Below are positions 38,402-51,065 of a DNA stretch of 64,000 nucleotides, one piece after another. The notes beneath the pieces are model-generated. The model was given only the letters and a program-made list of their open reading frames with translations, was not told the origin of the DNA and did not search any database. How positions within the stretch are numbered: the first letter of the stretch is position 1; every line of letters begins with the position of its first letter. This DNA is from Takakia lepidozioides. Lineage: Eukaryota > Plantae > Bryophyta. The position numbers and the translations under genes were made by a program. Location of the stretch: assembly GCA_030704615.1 (NCBI GenBank), contig CM060731.1, positions 22,258,001 to 22,322,000 of the forward strand, given 5' to 3'.

Positions 38402-39879
38402 GGTGCCCCTTTTCCTGAGGGTTGTAATCAGAAAAGCATTAGATTGTGATCATTTTGGTTCCCGACCTGGTCTCCAAAAAATTTATTGTAAAGCCAAATA
38501 CACAGCTTCCATTTGGTTGTAGCTGGGTGGTTTTATGAGTATTGAGTTTATCTTTTGACCTCATCATTTCAATGCAGTCAATAGATAGATGTTTGCAGCT
38601 CTTGGAACCACTGTTGAGGACTCAAAAAGTATTGAATGGAGGGTGGTTTAAGCAGCTCTCTGCAACTTGGGAACACTTTTACACTGCAAACTACAGTCTC
38701 ACCCACAAGTTTCGCGTTTTTCATTACCTTCTGCCAATAAGTGTTGGGGCTGAAATTCTTTGTATCTGAAATCATATTAGTACATGACAGACTGAGCTGC
38801 TGATCTATATATGTGGAGGTGGGATTTGTAAAAGCTCTTAACTAAACCTGCAGTCACGATATTATTTTAAAATTCCACCAGAGGGTATCTAAGTAGTAGG
38901 CTAGAAGTCACAGGATTGGGCATTTGCACAAGCTTGATTTGATTGGTGCAATATTTAGGAACAATCATCCAAATGACATCAACTATCTTCATATGGAGTT
39001 TTTCATGGTACAAATCTTGAAAAATCTCATGAGGCTCGAAGGAGGTATGACTAACTCATTCAGTTGAAGTCAATGGAAATGCATAACCTCTTGCGGAAAA
39101 AACTCATTGAAGAGGCAATGACACCAATGTTACCATGTGCTACAGATAGAGTTACAAAAAGACTCTCACACATTCAAACTTTGTTTCACCTCAGCATATA
39201 TCCATGGAAGGATTGCAGTAGACTATCTCCTTCCTCCAGATGCTGCTTTTGCAGATCTTGAAGAGGAGAGGTCTTTAGTAAAGCTATGCAATCACCTCTC
39301 AAGTGGATGGAAAGGTAATGTACACGAGTATTCCTGTGTTTAGGCATCCCACACCTCACTGGCTCTGGAACTTGTGTAAGTGACTCTGATTTGAACAACT
39401 TCCTATGACTGACTTGTTCTGTATCTCAGTGTGAAGCCTTGTTTTGTAGGAGAACAAGTCTTTTGATGGTTGAAGCCGGTGTCTGATGACTACAGAGTTA
39501 TAGGGCAGTTCTTTGACCATGTTCCCCACTCTAAAGCCTGCAGATACATTATACTTTGATCCGACTCCAGCCATCTCTTCTGGACAATGATCAATCCTCA
39601 ACCTGGAGATCGTCTCTGCTTTGTTCAGTTTGGCTGCAACACAAAAGAGAGTACAAGTTCTCAATACTTCAACGCCTGTCCATGTAACACAATCTCTTGA
39701 TCAAATTTGCCTTTCAACATGCGATCAGTAGCTCCTCATGCATCTGTGCATCTTTCTTGTATCGACAGACATGTTTATGTGGGCTACAGAAAGACATCAG
39801 GCATGACTAAAACACAACACCTTTTACACACATCTGCAGAGATGGGGCAGTAATAACAGTCTAGCCAGATATTGGAAAA

Positions 39880-42800
39880 TCAGGGGCTGACCTTGGAGAA
39901 ACGGAAGTCTGGTGGTGGGAGAGTGTAGTCAACATGGTACAGCAATTTGGGTCCTGCCACTACCTTCCTTCGTCGCCGTCTAGTAAACCTGAAGAGAATG
40001 CGCTTGAGAGCCTTACACACTGACATCTACATCCCACATTGTTCCGATCCCACAAGTCAATAAGGCAAATTGGCAACATGAATGCTGAAAGACAACTTAC
40101 ACTAACAGTCATGGCTTCCATCCTCATTCGTGCCTTTTAGCAAGACTTTCCTGTGAATAGAGAAGCTGCTCATCATCTGCATACTCATACAATATATGAG
40201 AACAAGCTCCATTCATACCAATGTCAAAGAGAGCAAGAGAGCAAAGAGAGCAAGAGAAGTACTGTGGCAGTTTACCAACCTCATCACATTCCCAATACCA
40301 TTTAAATTCTGTAATCTTTCTCCTTCTCTGAAACCGGAGCTTTACACTGGGGAAATGCGATAAGGTACTTACAATGAAGCGAGCTCTTCTCCGTAGTCTT
40401 TGGACTGGCCACCCACAGCTGCGTGACATGGTCTTCGCTGGTCCCCTTTTCTTCTTGGACTTGAGTTCTCTGGCAGGAGACAATAACTCTAGGGTGGCTG
40501 TGTAGGCTGGTGATCGAAAGCCTTCCTCGGCATAATTGGCCGGACCAGTAGCTACGGACTGACTACCCACCCGGCCCAGAGTGCTCGAGCCAGAGTGATT
40601 GTCGCCCCTTGAGATGTATCTTGCGGGAGAGAACCTGCTGCCTAGACGTGCAGAAAAATCAGGATTCGGAGCCTTGAAGTCATTTGTTGCTGCCAATTCT
40701 TGTTCAAGGACGGAGGGCATCGTGTAAGGCAGTCTGGGAGATTCGACGGGACTCGCTTTGAGACTGCCTGACTGTGAGCCAACCTTTTCGGTAGGGAGAA
40801 CTCCATGGCTTCCATCCTGTCCGCTCGTTGTCACTGTTTCATCGAGTTCCATACAGTGGAAATAGGTAGCAAGAGTGGGAGCCCAAACCTCGGGGCTTGA
40901 AATTGTTGCCACTTTCTGCTGGTTTCTTGACTTTCCCCACAGTCCTGTCCCATTCTTGCACATTTTGATGAGAGCTTTCATGCCCTCGGAGGCTACCTGA
41001 ATAGAATCCTTCCCCAAAGAGTCTGCATCACCTCGACCCGGATCCCTGTTTGTGGAGCTCAGTGCGTCCGAACGGGGTGCCAGATCAAATGGTGGGGGAA
41101 GACTGTAAGTAGGGCTGGCAGGTTCCTCCAAATATTGCTCAAGAGACTCATACGATGCGGTGGAGATTGATTTCGAATCCGAGACAGAGTGAGGTCTAGC
41201 TGGGCCCACCCGTATGTCAAGATCGGAGCTGGAAGGATTTGAGACTGACGCAGGGCCACTAAGGATGCTTGTCGGCGATCGTCGATTGCTAGATACACAA
41301 CCTTCATTGACATCGTGCATCCAGGGATGGGACACTATAAGCTCTGAGCTGTGAAGCCTTCGAAGTGGATTAACGGGAGGTGTGCGGGTTATTGGTCCAG
41401 AAAATGCCCCAGACTTGCTGGTCAAGGACGAGTTGGTGACAGCTTGATTTTTGATCGAGCATTCCAGCAGGAGTCTAGGGCTGCCGCTAGCTACGGAAGC
41501 CTGCCTTGAATTTCTCGTCTGGAAGACTCGATGATCCTCTGCTGGGCTTACGATTGTAGTTGGAGCCTTGGGAGGTAAGTGTTTGGCAAATACATTGATC
41601 TTCGAAGAATCTGTGTTTGTCAAAGAGGGAGTTGGCTGCCGAGCTGGGGAGGAGACAAATCTAGATGGAGGGAAAAATCCAGCTAAAGGGGCGCTCATAG
41701 AGTGATTGATGTAGTGAGTTCGAAGCTCCTCCGATATTGAACCTTGCTTTGGAGGAGGTGCTGCAAGCCTGGGGGGCAGCTGGAGAGCGTGAGGTTTAGA
41801 TGCCACCGCATCTGCCTTGGGCTTCCCCGGAGCTTCCTCCCACTTGAAAGGGACAGCTGCTGGATTTTTCTTCGGGGTGGGGGAAGGAGAGACGGAGGTC
41901 TCTACCAAAAACCTGGCTGCAGCTGGGGCCACCAGATCAATATGGCACCCTATCTCCAATTGGGAACCAAATCGTCGACTGGACCTAGCCCCAAAGCTTC
42001 TGTCCTTGCAGTTCGCGCTTCGGTAGAACCTTTGGCTGCTTTTGCAACTGCGGTCCCCATCTCCAGCTGCCAGGCTTCCTCGAGGCGTCTCAAACTCGCT
42101 GAACATGCTCTCATCCATTGACCAAGACTTCTTTAAGGACATGCTTCTATCGATGGAAGTGTTTCTCTCCACCCCGGCTCCTGAAAGCTTTCTTGCCACT
42201 GCTCTTTGTGCAGCCGCTGCAATTGTCTTGGGTTTTCCAGGGACATCCTCCCATTGGAATGGAATTGCAGCAGCTGCCCGCAATGGGGTGAGCTCCGGTG
42301 ACTTGTCCAGGCACTCCGAGGCCGGGACGTCCGAAGGCTTATGAGTACTTTCTTCAGAATTTTCTGTCATGGGGCGGGCACCCTTCAGTCCCTCTGTATC
42401 TTTCTCCGGACTCCTCTCCTCAACACACAACTCCAAACCAGAAGAATTTGATATGCACAGAGGCGATATACCAAGCTCACCACTCACCCATTGGCGGGAC
42501 ATTCTTGAAGTTCTGACTGGACTGTACATGGACCTCAAGTCCCCACTGATGCATCTTCTGGAAGGGCTTTGCCAAGGCTTGACAGCATCCAGCGGAACAC
42601 CATTTGGCCTCTCTCCAGGAGTTATGAAATCCCTCCAGGGGGATCTGGACCCCTGTTTGTGGCAGACCAGAACACCCTCATTATTAGTCTCGACAATGCG
42701 AGTTGGAGAGTTCCTCCAAGGGGAACGACTCCCGTGTTTTGTACTCACTTTCCCATGAGAATGACCATCGCTCGTCTTGGCACCAAGACCAAAATCCCTC

Positions 42801-43213
42801 CAAGGTGATCGGATTCCCTGTCTGTTACCAACACCACCGTGAGCCAGATTTTTCTTTTTCTTCTTACCATGAATGACGGAGTCACCCCAAGGAGATTGAG
42901 ACCAATGTTTGCTATCCCGCCTTGCAGGATGTTCATCCTCTTCCCACAGCGCAAGGCTCTCCCGATCTCGACTGTCCTCCGACCGAAAGCTACTGCATGC
43001 TGACTTCCCTCCACTCTCACGACGCTTGTGCGCAGGTTCACTCCTCTCAGGGAGGGGTAGTCGGTTAGGTGAAGCTTCATACAGAGGGCTTCGTCGAGGG
43101 CTGGGGTAGAAGAGCGGCAGCTCCCCATTTCGTGAGTGATTGCTGATGGTACTGGTGGGGAAGAACTCCAGATCAGGAACGTCAAGCGCTATGCTCTTCA
43201 TACTCTTGTTCAT
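39880..43213 (-). CDS. Large Ser/Pro-rich disordered protein with two DUF688-type motifs; exons ~43213-40373 and 40026-39880
   Basis: ORF of over 1000 codons with AAIPFQWEDVPGKPK and AAVPFKWEEAPGKPK. GT donor after RARFI and an in-frame second exon. Start codon uncertain. Confidence 0.75.
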
Positions 43214-46200
43214 ACTGGAGTCATGGGAGTATCTCTGGATAGTCTTTTGAAATTCTCTGCGGTAGGGTCTGTCGCTTGTTTTGAATAGACCATCCAAACG
43301 CTTTGGCGTGACTCCGAGCCCATTCACCCCGTCTCCCCTTACCACCTTGTCCACAAAGAACCATCGGGCCTTTCCCAAGTCAATGGGGGAACCAGTTCCA
43401 TTCTATATCTTCAATATCCTGCCTCTCTCTCTCCCTCCTCGAGTATAAGCTACCTCTTCTTTTATCTTGATGAGAAAAGCTATATCCTCTGCCTTTATCT
43501 CAAATTTCTCCCGCCACTGTAGATCAAGAGATATGGTTTAAAATTTAGCCTGAGATCTAGCGTGTCTACAACGAACCGGACCTGAGTAACAAACGATTAA
43601 GCTCTCCAGGCCTGCGAGGAGGAAGTGAACTATCTACAACCAATAGTTTGCTTAGCAGGAGTGGAAAAAGCGAACTAACGAGGAATAGATGCTCTCTTCT
43701 GCAGAGAAGAAGCTGAGGCAATTTCGAAAATCCGGATCCGAAGTTACCCGGTTGCTAAATTCAAGGTTGAGGCCTTCAAAAGTTGAACTAGATGAGATGC
43801 CGAAACAACTCTAGAGACTAAAAGATGAAGTCTGCGCAACACTGGACACTTGACATATACACTACTATCTGAGCAGCTAACAAAGCACGAGCGATTGAGG
43901 TAAACACTGAACTAGCGAACACCCAGTTGCCAAGACAACACACTGATCGAGATTACCCAGTTGACAAGACACTAACTTCAAAGTCAGTGAGACGACACTG
44001 AACGGACTTAAAAGTGTTCAGGCATGCGATCAGCACACAGCCAGGAAAAGAAAGATATTGGGAAGTGGCGAAGCGGCTGCAGAGAGGCGGCGAGAAGCGA
44101 GGGCGAGCGAATTGTGGCATTCATGAGGCTTTTGAGGCTACTCTGACCACCCTGGGTCAAGTATTCATGAGCGGCCATGGCTGTCGCCAGCAGGCTACGT
44201 CCACGTTCTCGCATTCACAATACTTCAGATGCCTTCAAAGCTTGGGTCACTAATAAAAGAGCAAGGACTTGATGCTGGACGATGTACATAATTATTGATT
44301 AACTTAGAGAATCTCATCTAGCTTACTGCCTAATAAATTGTGTTAAGCAAAAAATTTGAAACCTCTATTGGGTTTGTCGCCTCACTGATGATTCTGTCTC
44401 TGAAAGGTGGGCGGCCATTGCTCTTGAATTTGGAGGCTGGCATTGTAGCTACGGACCCACATGAAATCGTGTGTGGGTTTGATAGTGAACACCTATATCG
44501 GGTTGCAACGTGCATTCACTCAGCCGTCTTTCCGAGGATTTGGACTGATTTTGGCGTTTCTTGTGTCTGCTTCGGACTCTGATGTGCTAAAGTTGGAAGT
44601 GGATGGCAGGCCTTTAAGACATTGGTACGTGTACTCGGGCTCGAAAGAGATTACTGTAGGTACTTGTAGGAGATGAGTGACAGCTTTGTCTCTTCTTCTG
44701 GAGGTTTTTTAGCACCGTTATGGATTGTAGCCGAAAACTGTAAGGCTTTGTGCAAGCTTATGATTAACACAATTATGATAATCTGGCATGCAAAGCTGAT
44801 CACTGTATTTTTAGGACTGCACAGCGCAGCTACCAAACAATAAATCCCAACTGGCTAATTGAGTACATGCTCATTAAAACCCTCTCCAGAGGGATCCATC
44901 TATCAAATCTCTGTGACACTCATGAGGCAACTATTACGACTACGTTTGTGCTTTCCTTCATGTGTATTGTGCATTCCTTTTCCGCAAAGGGCTTTGGAGG
45001 ATGACCAACTGTGACTCCCACAGGCGGTTGTCTCAACTTTCAAACTTTACGCAGTGAATGTTGTTATAATGATCTCTAAATATTTATAGAACCGAGGAGT
45101 GAATAGAATAGTACCAACTTCCGAGCATTGAAAACAGTCAGTCAGTCTTGTTGAAGATTAATGTGTCAGGGCCCTGCTGAATCGTTTTTAGGCAAATGCT
45201 CGTCAAGAAAAGCAAATGGAACCTAGAGAGGGTATCCGAAATTTCTTGGATACGTTATGACGTTATCCCCTTTACATGTTTAGAAGAGTGATGAATGGGA
45301 GTCGGGGTTATACTAAGAAAGGCAGATGCCTCACAGCGATGGAATGTTTCGAACTGGGGAGCTACTCAGATCCCAAGGGAATCCAAGTCTGGTGGGGGAT
45401 TCCACCTCCAAAACCTCGTCTGGTAACTCATCTATCCAAGTACTTCTGGCATTCCGCACTGCAGAAAGTCGTGGTCCAAGCGTGCTGATCTACTCGATTC
45501 CATAATGTAGACCGTCTGTCAGAGAGAAGGGCCTGTTTGCTTAGTCGTTAAATTTTTGTCTGCCTACTACTGGAGACGGAGAGAGGAGTGTGAGAAATAT
45601 ACCCAGAGAGTGGCTTAATTTGTGTGCACAAAGGCACTGATATAGGCTAAGGCATCGGCTGTGAGTGCAGCGCGGATCAATTCCTACCTACTTACCAAAG
45701 ACAGCAACAACACATGCTTCCTGGTCATGCTTACGTCGAGAGGCACTGGTGAAAAAAAATGACCTTGTTCAGACGAATATTGTCAGTGGGTTCTGTCGTG
45801 CAATGGCCCTCGCGACTCAGGAGTCAAAGTGATTCCAACGGACATCTGACTTCAACATGAAGTACAATCTCCACCGTGCACTATGAAAATATAATACCAT
45901 TCACACATTCATAACCCTTCCAAGTGAGTCGTAGTTCATATACTCTCTCGCCGGATGTTTTTAACCATAGCTTTCGTGAAAGAGTCACGAGGAGCACGCG
46001 GCCATCTCAGGGCAGCGTACCCGTGTCTGCAGGAGGACAATCCCCCTACAGTCTGTCCCACAGATCCATCAAGCTGTGTACCTCGCTGAACAAACAGAAC
46101 AAAAGAAAACTTTCCCATGCAGAGCCTGCTCATATGCCCCAATTCGCGAGCTTCCAGTAAAATTCTTTCCACTTTCGTCTCCTCCAAGGCAATCATCTCT

Positions 46201-46399
46201 GATATTCAATCCCGTCTCTGCTCCACAAACATGCAGTGATCTTTTCTGCCAACGACTTCAGAGCCTGCATCGCCAGCGCGGTCTGCAAGGAATGTGACCA
46301 GAAGAAACAAAACCCAGCTATCGCAGGCTGCACATCAACACAGCCCTCCATAGCCCGCAGCTCCATCCTCCTCCAAAGCCGACCTCAAAACATTAAAAT

Positions 46400-46625
46400 G
46401 GAATATTCTGTCGCAAATTCCCTGTTTTTTCATGGATGAAATCGCCAAACTTCTACAAGGAAAAAAAAAAAAAAGATAGATGAATTCGCCAAATGTGGAT
46501 GATATAAATGGATGAAAGTACATATGAGGATGATTCTATCCAAATTTTCAATGGATGAACAGAATATATAGCTATTTCTTGTAGAACTTAATAGCCACTA
46601 GTGGTATTTTTAAAATTTTAAGAAA
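46400..46625. repeat. Dispersed repeat, inverted copy of 10935-11155
   Basis: Reverse-complement identity over about 220 bp. Confidence 0.75.
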
Positions 46626-49600
46626 CAATTTGACTGCTTTTGAAGCTCTTGTCACGCATTCACTGCACGCTCGTCTCTCTCGCTCTGGCAATCACGTGAG
46701 ATTCACACCGCAGACAGAACACTGCGCACTCTTGATGACCGTGGTTCCCGGTTCAATTCCACACAAGCCTATTTTCATACATAATACACTGCACAACACT
46801 AGGTGACCGTCCCCTCCTCATCAAGAGCACTAACTGATTAATAAAATTAGACTGACCCCATTATACCATGTGCAGCAGACAGCGTACACTTCAAATTGGA
46901 GCTATGGTGGACGAACAAAGCATATGTAGATTTGAACCCTGCACCATCTGCTCAGCTTACAAAAATAGGAAGAAAAAGAAGATGAGGATGAAGATGAAGG
47001 AGAAGGAGAGAAGCTGGAGTCTGTCGCAAAAAGTTGACCAGAGACTGGACAGTGGAGAGTGGGATGATGAAGGCAGGGGTCCATGGAGATGAGTGGTAAT
47101 AGTAATAACGTCGCGGCAATGGAGCATTGAAGGCTGGAGGTGTGCTGGTGAACGACTTGGGCTCACACAATTGCATGTTTTGCTTGGAGCTGCAAGGTGC
47201 GTTCCTCTATGCAGCGCTTTTATGGCAATCGGGAGTCAAACTGGTCACTGGAGGCTCGTCCGAGGGCGTGGGGGTACTGGGAATGGTCTTGTCCCTGACA
47301 AGATCCTGTACAGTGTGGATCAATCTGCAAATCCGCCACCGCCACTGTTTTCCCTTGTGATATGTGGGAGGAGGTGGGATGATAAATTAAAGGCTCGAAA
47401 GTGGAGGTTACACTGTTCAACTAATCAGGAATGCGGGCCCTGTCTTCATCATAACGAACTTGTGGGTTTTACCTGGGGCTGTCGATCCTCTGGGAATGAG
47501 GACAGCCACTAACTGTGCAAGCAGGATGTTACCGTTTTTCTCGGTGGGGGGGGGTAAGGCTACAGCTACGGCAAAGTATAATAAGTCCTTCCTTTTTGGG
47601 CCCAAGCACAATGCAAGATAAGACAGTAAAAGGGTCAATAAAAAGGCGAGTGCTTATCTCGGATTTGAAAATGGCAAGTTGCAGCAGTCTCACGGTACAA
47701 TGTGATAAGTCAGGGTTCCGTTTTCGAAGTGCTTTTATTAGTCTATGAACGAATTATTGATATAGCTTCGTTTGGTGACTAGTGAAAATTGTTGTCCCCT
47801 TTATGATTTCAAAGTTTATTGCTATCGACAAATAGCTGCGCTTGAACTGTTGAAGCTAAACTGAAGTCCAAATGACAATTCGGAACGCTGGTCTGTTGGA
47901 GAGTCTCCAGTCTCAGCGGGCTATGATATGTACAGTGCTGTTGATACCTATGCGACAAAATTGTACTAATGGCCGGGTAGAGACTAGAGAGAGCCTGTTT
48001 GGGACACCCATCAAGGCATCATCTAGGAGATCAGTTGCTCATATTCTCTCAACAGGAACGTGGGCTTCTCTTGCTGGAGATATGCTTTTAGCTGTGACTC
48101 GTAGCTGAGTCTCCAGGGCTCTCAAGCCCTTGAAGGGCAGGTAATATTCTTGTTTCCTGGGTTCACCGTCGGGTGGGTAGGCCCAATTCTTCCAGCTTGA
48201 CAATTCATTCATTGCAACAAACACACGAAGTCTCTTTGACCACATTCAAAAACCCAATTTGGCGTAACTTGGTCTGCTGTGTGAGTTTGTGGCAATCAGT
48301 TGGGAGGCATTGGAACCGAACGGAGAGACAGGGTTGTCAAAGAGAGATGGCATGGCCATAATGGCCACAAATCCGTAGGGCTCGGGAAGAGCAAGGCGGC
48401 AACTTCGAACTGACACAAGGCGTAAATGAGGCTATAGAGCTTGTAGAAAGCCCTGGTTGCCGTTACCACGCCGCCCTAAAGGGCCTTCAATTATCCCTTT
48501 ATGAAGCTCAGCCATTGAGGGAGAGTACAGTGGAAGAAAGTACCCATGATGATTATACTGGTTATTATGGCATCATGGGAGACCATAGATTTGCTGCAGA
48601 GGCCAGTGCAAGCACGCTTGCTTTCCAACTGTATGGAACCTGGCCTGTTGAGCAAGAAACAAGTGGAAGACAAAATCCAACAACCTCATCATTGTTGTTT
48701 TCTTCACTTGAGGGGGTTCCAACATCTTCCCAATGATTTGGAAGCTGTTTGTTCTTGTAATGGATGTATGATTGTGATTTAACATACAAAGAACATCTTT
48801 GATCAGTTTTGTTATAACATACAAATATATAGCCTAGCATATTCACTTCCACTCGCTGAAAATCTGGTGCAGGTGCATATGAGTGTTGTGAGGATATTTG
48901 ATTCAGCGGCGGATCCCAACATATATATATGGGAGGTTGGGTAGCGAGTGAGCATGCTCACATGAGCACAAGGGCATATTCCCCGTATTCCCAAGAAATT
49001 TCTGGAAAAATTTCACCGCGAAATGAAACTGACGAAATTAACAACTATGCGAAACTAACACATAAAGAACAAGTAGCCCCTATACCTGATGAACATGTTA
49101 CCCTACATGCGTGGCTTTTTCTCCATAAGAGGCGGGAGAGTGGGTGGTGAAGCTTCCCCTCGAAAAAAAAAAAAAAAAAAATCTCTCATGGGTAATTTTG
49201 CACTGCGAAATTCCGCCTATGAAGCAATCACATTGTGGCTAAAAAGATGAATAGGTCACTTTGCAAGCCCCCACCCATTCTTTTTGGATGTAGGATTTTT
49301 GGGTGATGGGATTTCTCAATGCAAAACCCACCACTTGCTTAGTTTGTGCCCATATCACCAAGTTTTCTCACTGTGAAATTCACCGCTGCTTAGTTTGTGC
49401 CCATATCACCAAGTATTTCCAAGAAAACAAAAATTCTCTATGCGAAATTCACTCCCGCCACTACAGGTTTAGGGTTTTTGGCTACACTACTGAAGGTTTC
49501 ACCTCGCTGTATTGGCGCAAATGTACTACAAATGCACCGGTCCTCTATACCCGCTTATGGTTTAATTCCGTTTTGAAAACATATAACTCCTATGACCGAG

Positions 49601-49699
49601 GTTAAAAAACATAACACTCCGTGGGTTGTGCTCACACAAGCATGAGCGTGCTCACGGGAGCATGCACACGCTCTGCTCACAAGATACCAACCCCCATAT

Positions 49700-50315
49700 A
49701 TGTGGATCTGCCGGAGGTCAAAAAATCAAATATCCGCCTCCGATAAGAACCGCCGGATATGAAGAGATGGAATAACTGGATACGGTTGAGAACCCGTAGT
49801 TTTTTTTTTTTTTTTTTTTTTGGATTTGAATTGGAACTATTGGTCCAAAAGAAGCAGGTTATATGAACCCATATATCCGGCATTTAAAACCGGAGGTTAT
49901 AATAGCCGGTTATTCCGTTCACTCGAGATAAACGAGGTGGGGTGTAGTCATGAGCTGGCCCTATCTTCAATTCAATTCTACTCATCACGTTGTGAAGGGC
50001 GGCGTTGGATTTATGATAAGGCGGCGTTTGTGGATATTCTATGTTCTACCCTAATAATTATAACTATTTTTTCAGTAGTGTTTTTAATATATTAGATTTT
50101 TAATTTTTGGGTTATTTTAGTTTATTAAAATAAACTGATTTGTTTGATAACCGGAGGCCATCCGCATAGGGGTAATTTTTGTATTTGTTGCCAACCGGCA
50201 GGATATCAAAAACGGGACAGCTCCAAAACCCCGGAAACCAGAGGTATGAACATAAAGTTAAAGTTAAACATCTGTAACCGGGTGGCATAAATTAAATAAC
50301 CGCACAACACTAGTG
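49700..50315. mobile_element. Non-autonomous DNA transposon fragment with repeated ACCG(G/C)NGG(A/T)TAT motifs
   Basis: Recurrent AACCGG/CCGGAGGT motifs in AT-rich DNA. Ends in CACAACACTA, which also occurs at ~46792 and as the reverse complement at ~57335. Confidence 0.45.
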
Positions 50316-50539
50316 CATATCGCGTCCAACTGTTTCAGTGCAGCAGACTTATATGCACATTACCTAAAGTATCAAAAAATAAGAGTCGCAAATAGATACG
50401 TTGAGTTGCATAGGTCCATAGCGCAATGGAATACAATCATGCTGGTTGACGATAGCAACTGCAAATGCACTAGTATTCAACGTTAAGATCAAACATGCCA
50501 CTCTCTGCTGGTGGACTGAAATAGCGGTATGTAGATGTT

Positions 50540-51065
50540 GGTCGTCGATAAGAACCGGAATATCAACATGTTCACTTCACCTCTTCGATTCATGTATCCT
50601 TTGGAAATAGCATAAAGCGCCACAAGACAGACGTGATTCTTCAACTATGCACTACCGTATAAAGCATATTGTTATTTTCCTCTTTCATTTCTTTCGTAGT
50701 CACATTTTCGCAGAAGAATTGAAAATGAGGTTGATCAAAATCTTTCGAACAATAACCTAACATCCCTTTCCAAGTGTGCAAGTGATCTTGTTTGAGTTTT
50801 TTACATGTGTGGCTAGGTGGCGGACATTTTTTGCGATTGAAAGAGGTGGAGCAAAGCGTTATACAGACAAACAAACTGATCCAATCCTACTTGGGTTGAG
50901 ACAAAAACCTTGTCATGCATTTGTCTTGAACTTCTGCAAATGTTCGAACATACCGAATTCGACATATTGTCCACCAACTCCAATCATGCAAGATAGCTCA
51001 AATATAATTTGCCCTTCCTTGTTTGCTCCACGTTCCTTCTTTGGATGACCCCTACGCTTCTCCTC
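50540..51065 (-). mobile_element. Degenerate Replitron-like HUH endonuclease transposon relic with an internal inversion
   Basis: Minus strand: FELSCMIGVGG...; CKKLKQDHLHTWKGMLGYCSKD..HF...ENV..LYGSA*LKNHVCL. Plus strand in between: FAIERGGAKR and NKLIQSYLG*DK. Confidence 0.65.

Noticed and set aside
47093-47512. PPR E-domain-like words (LLGAAR, RWDDKLKARK)
   Set aside because: Spacing and surrounding residues do not fit E1/E2. Likely chance.
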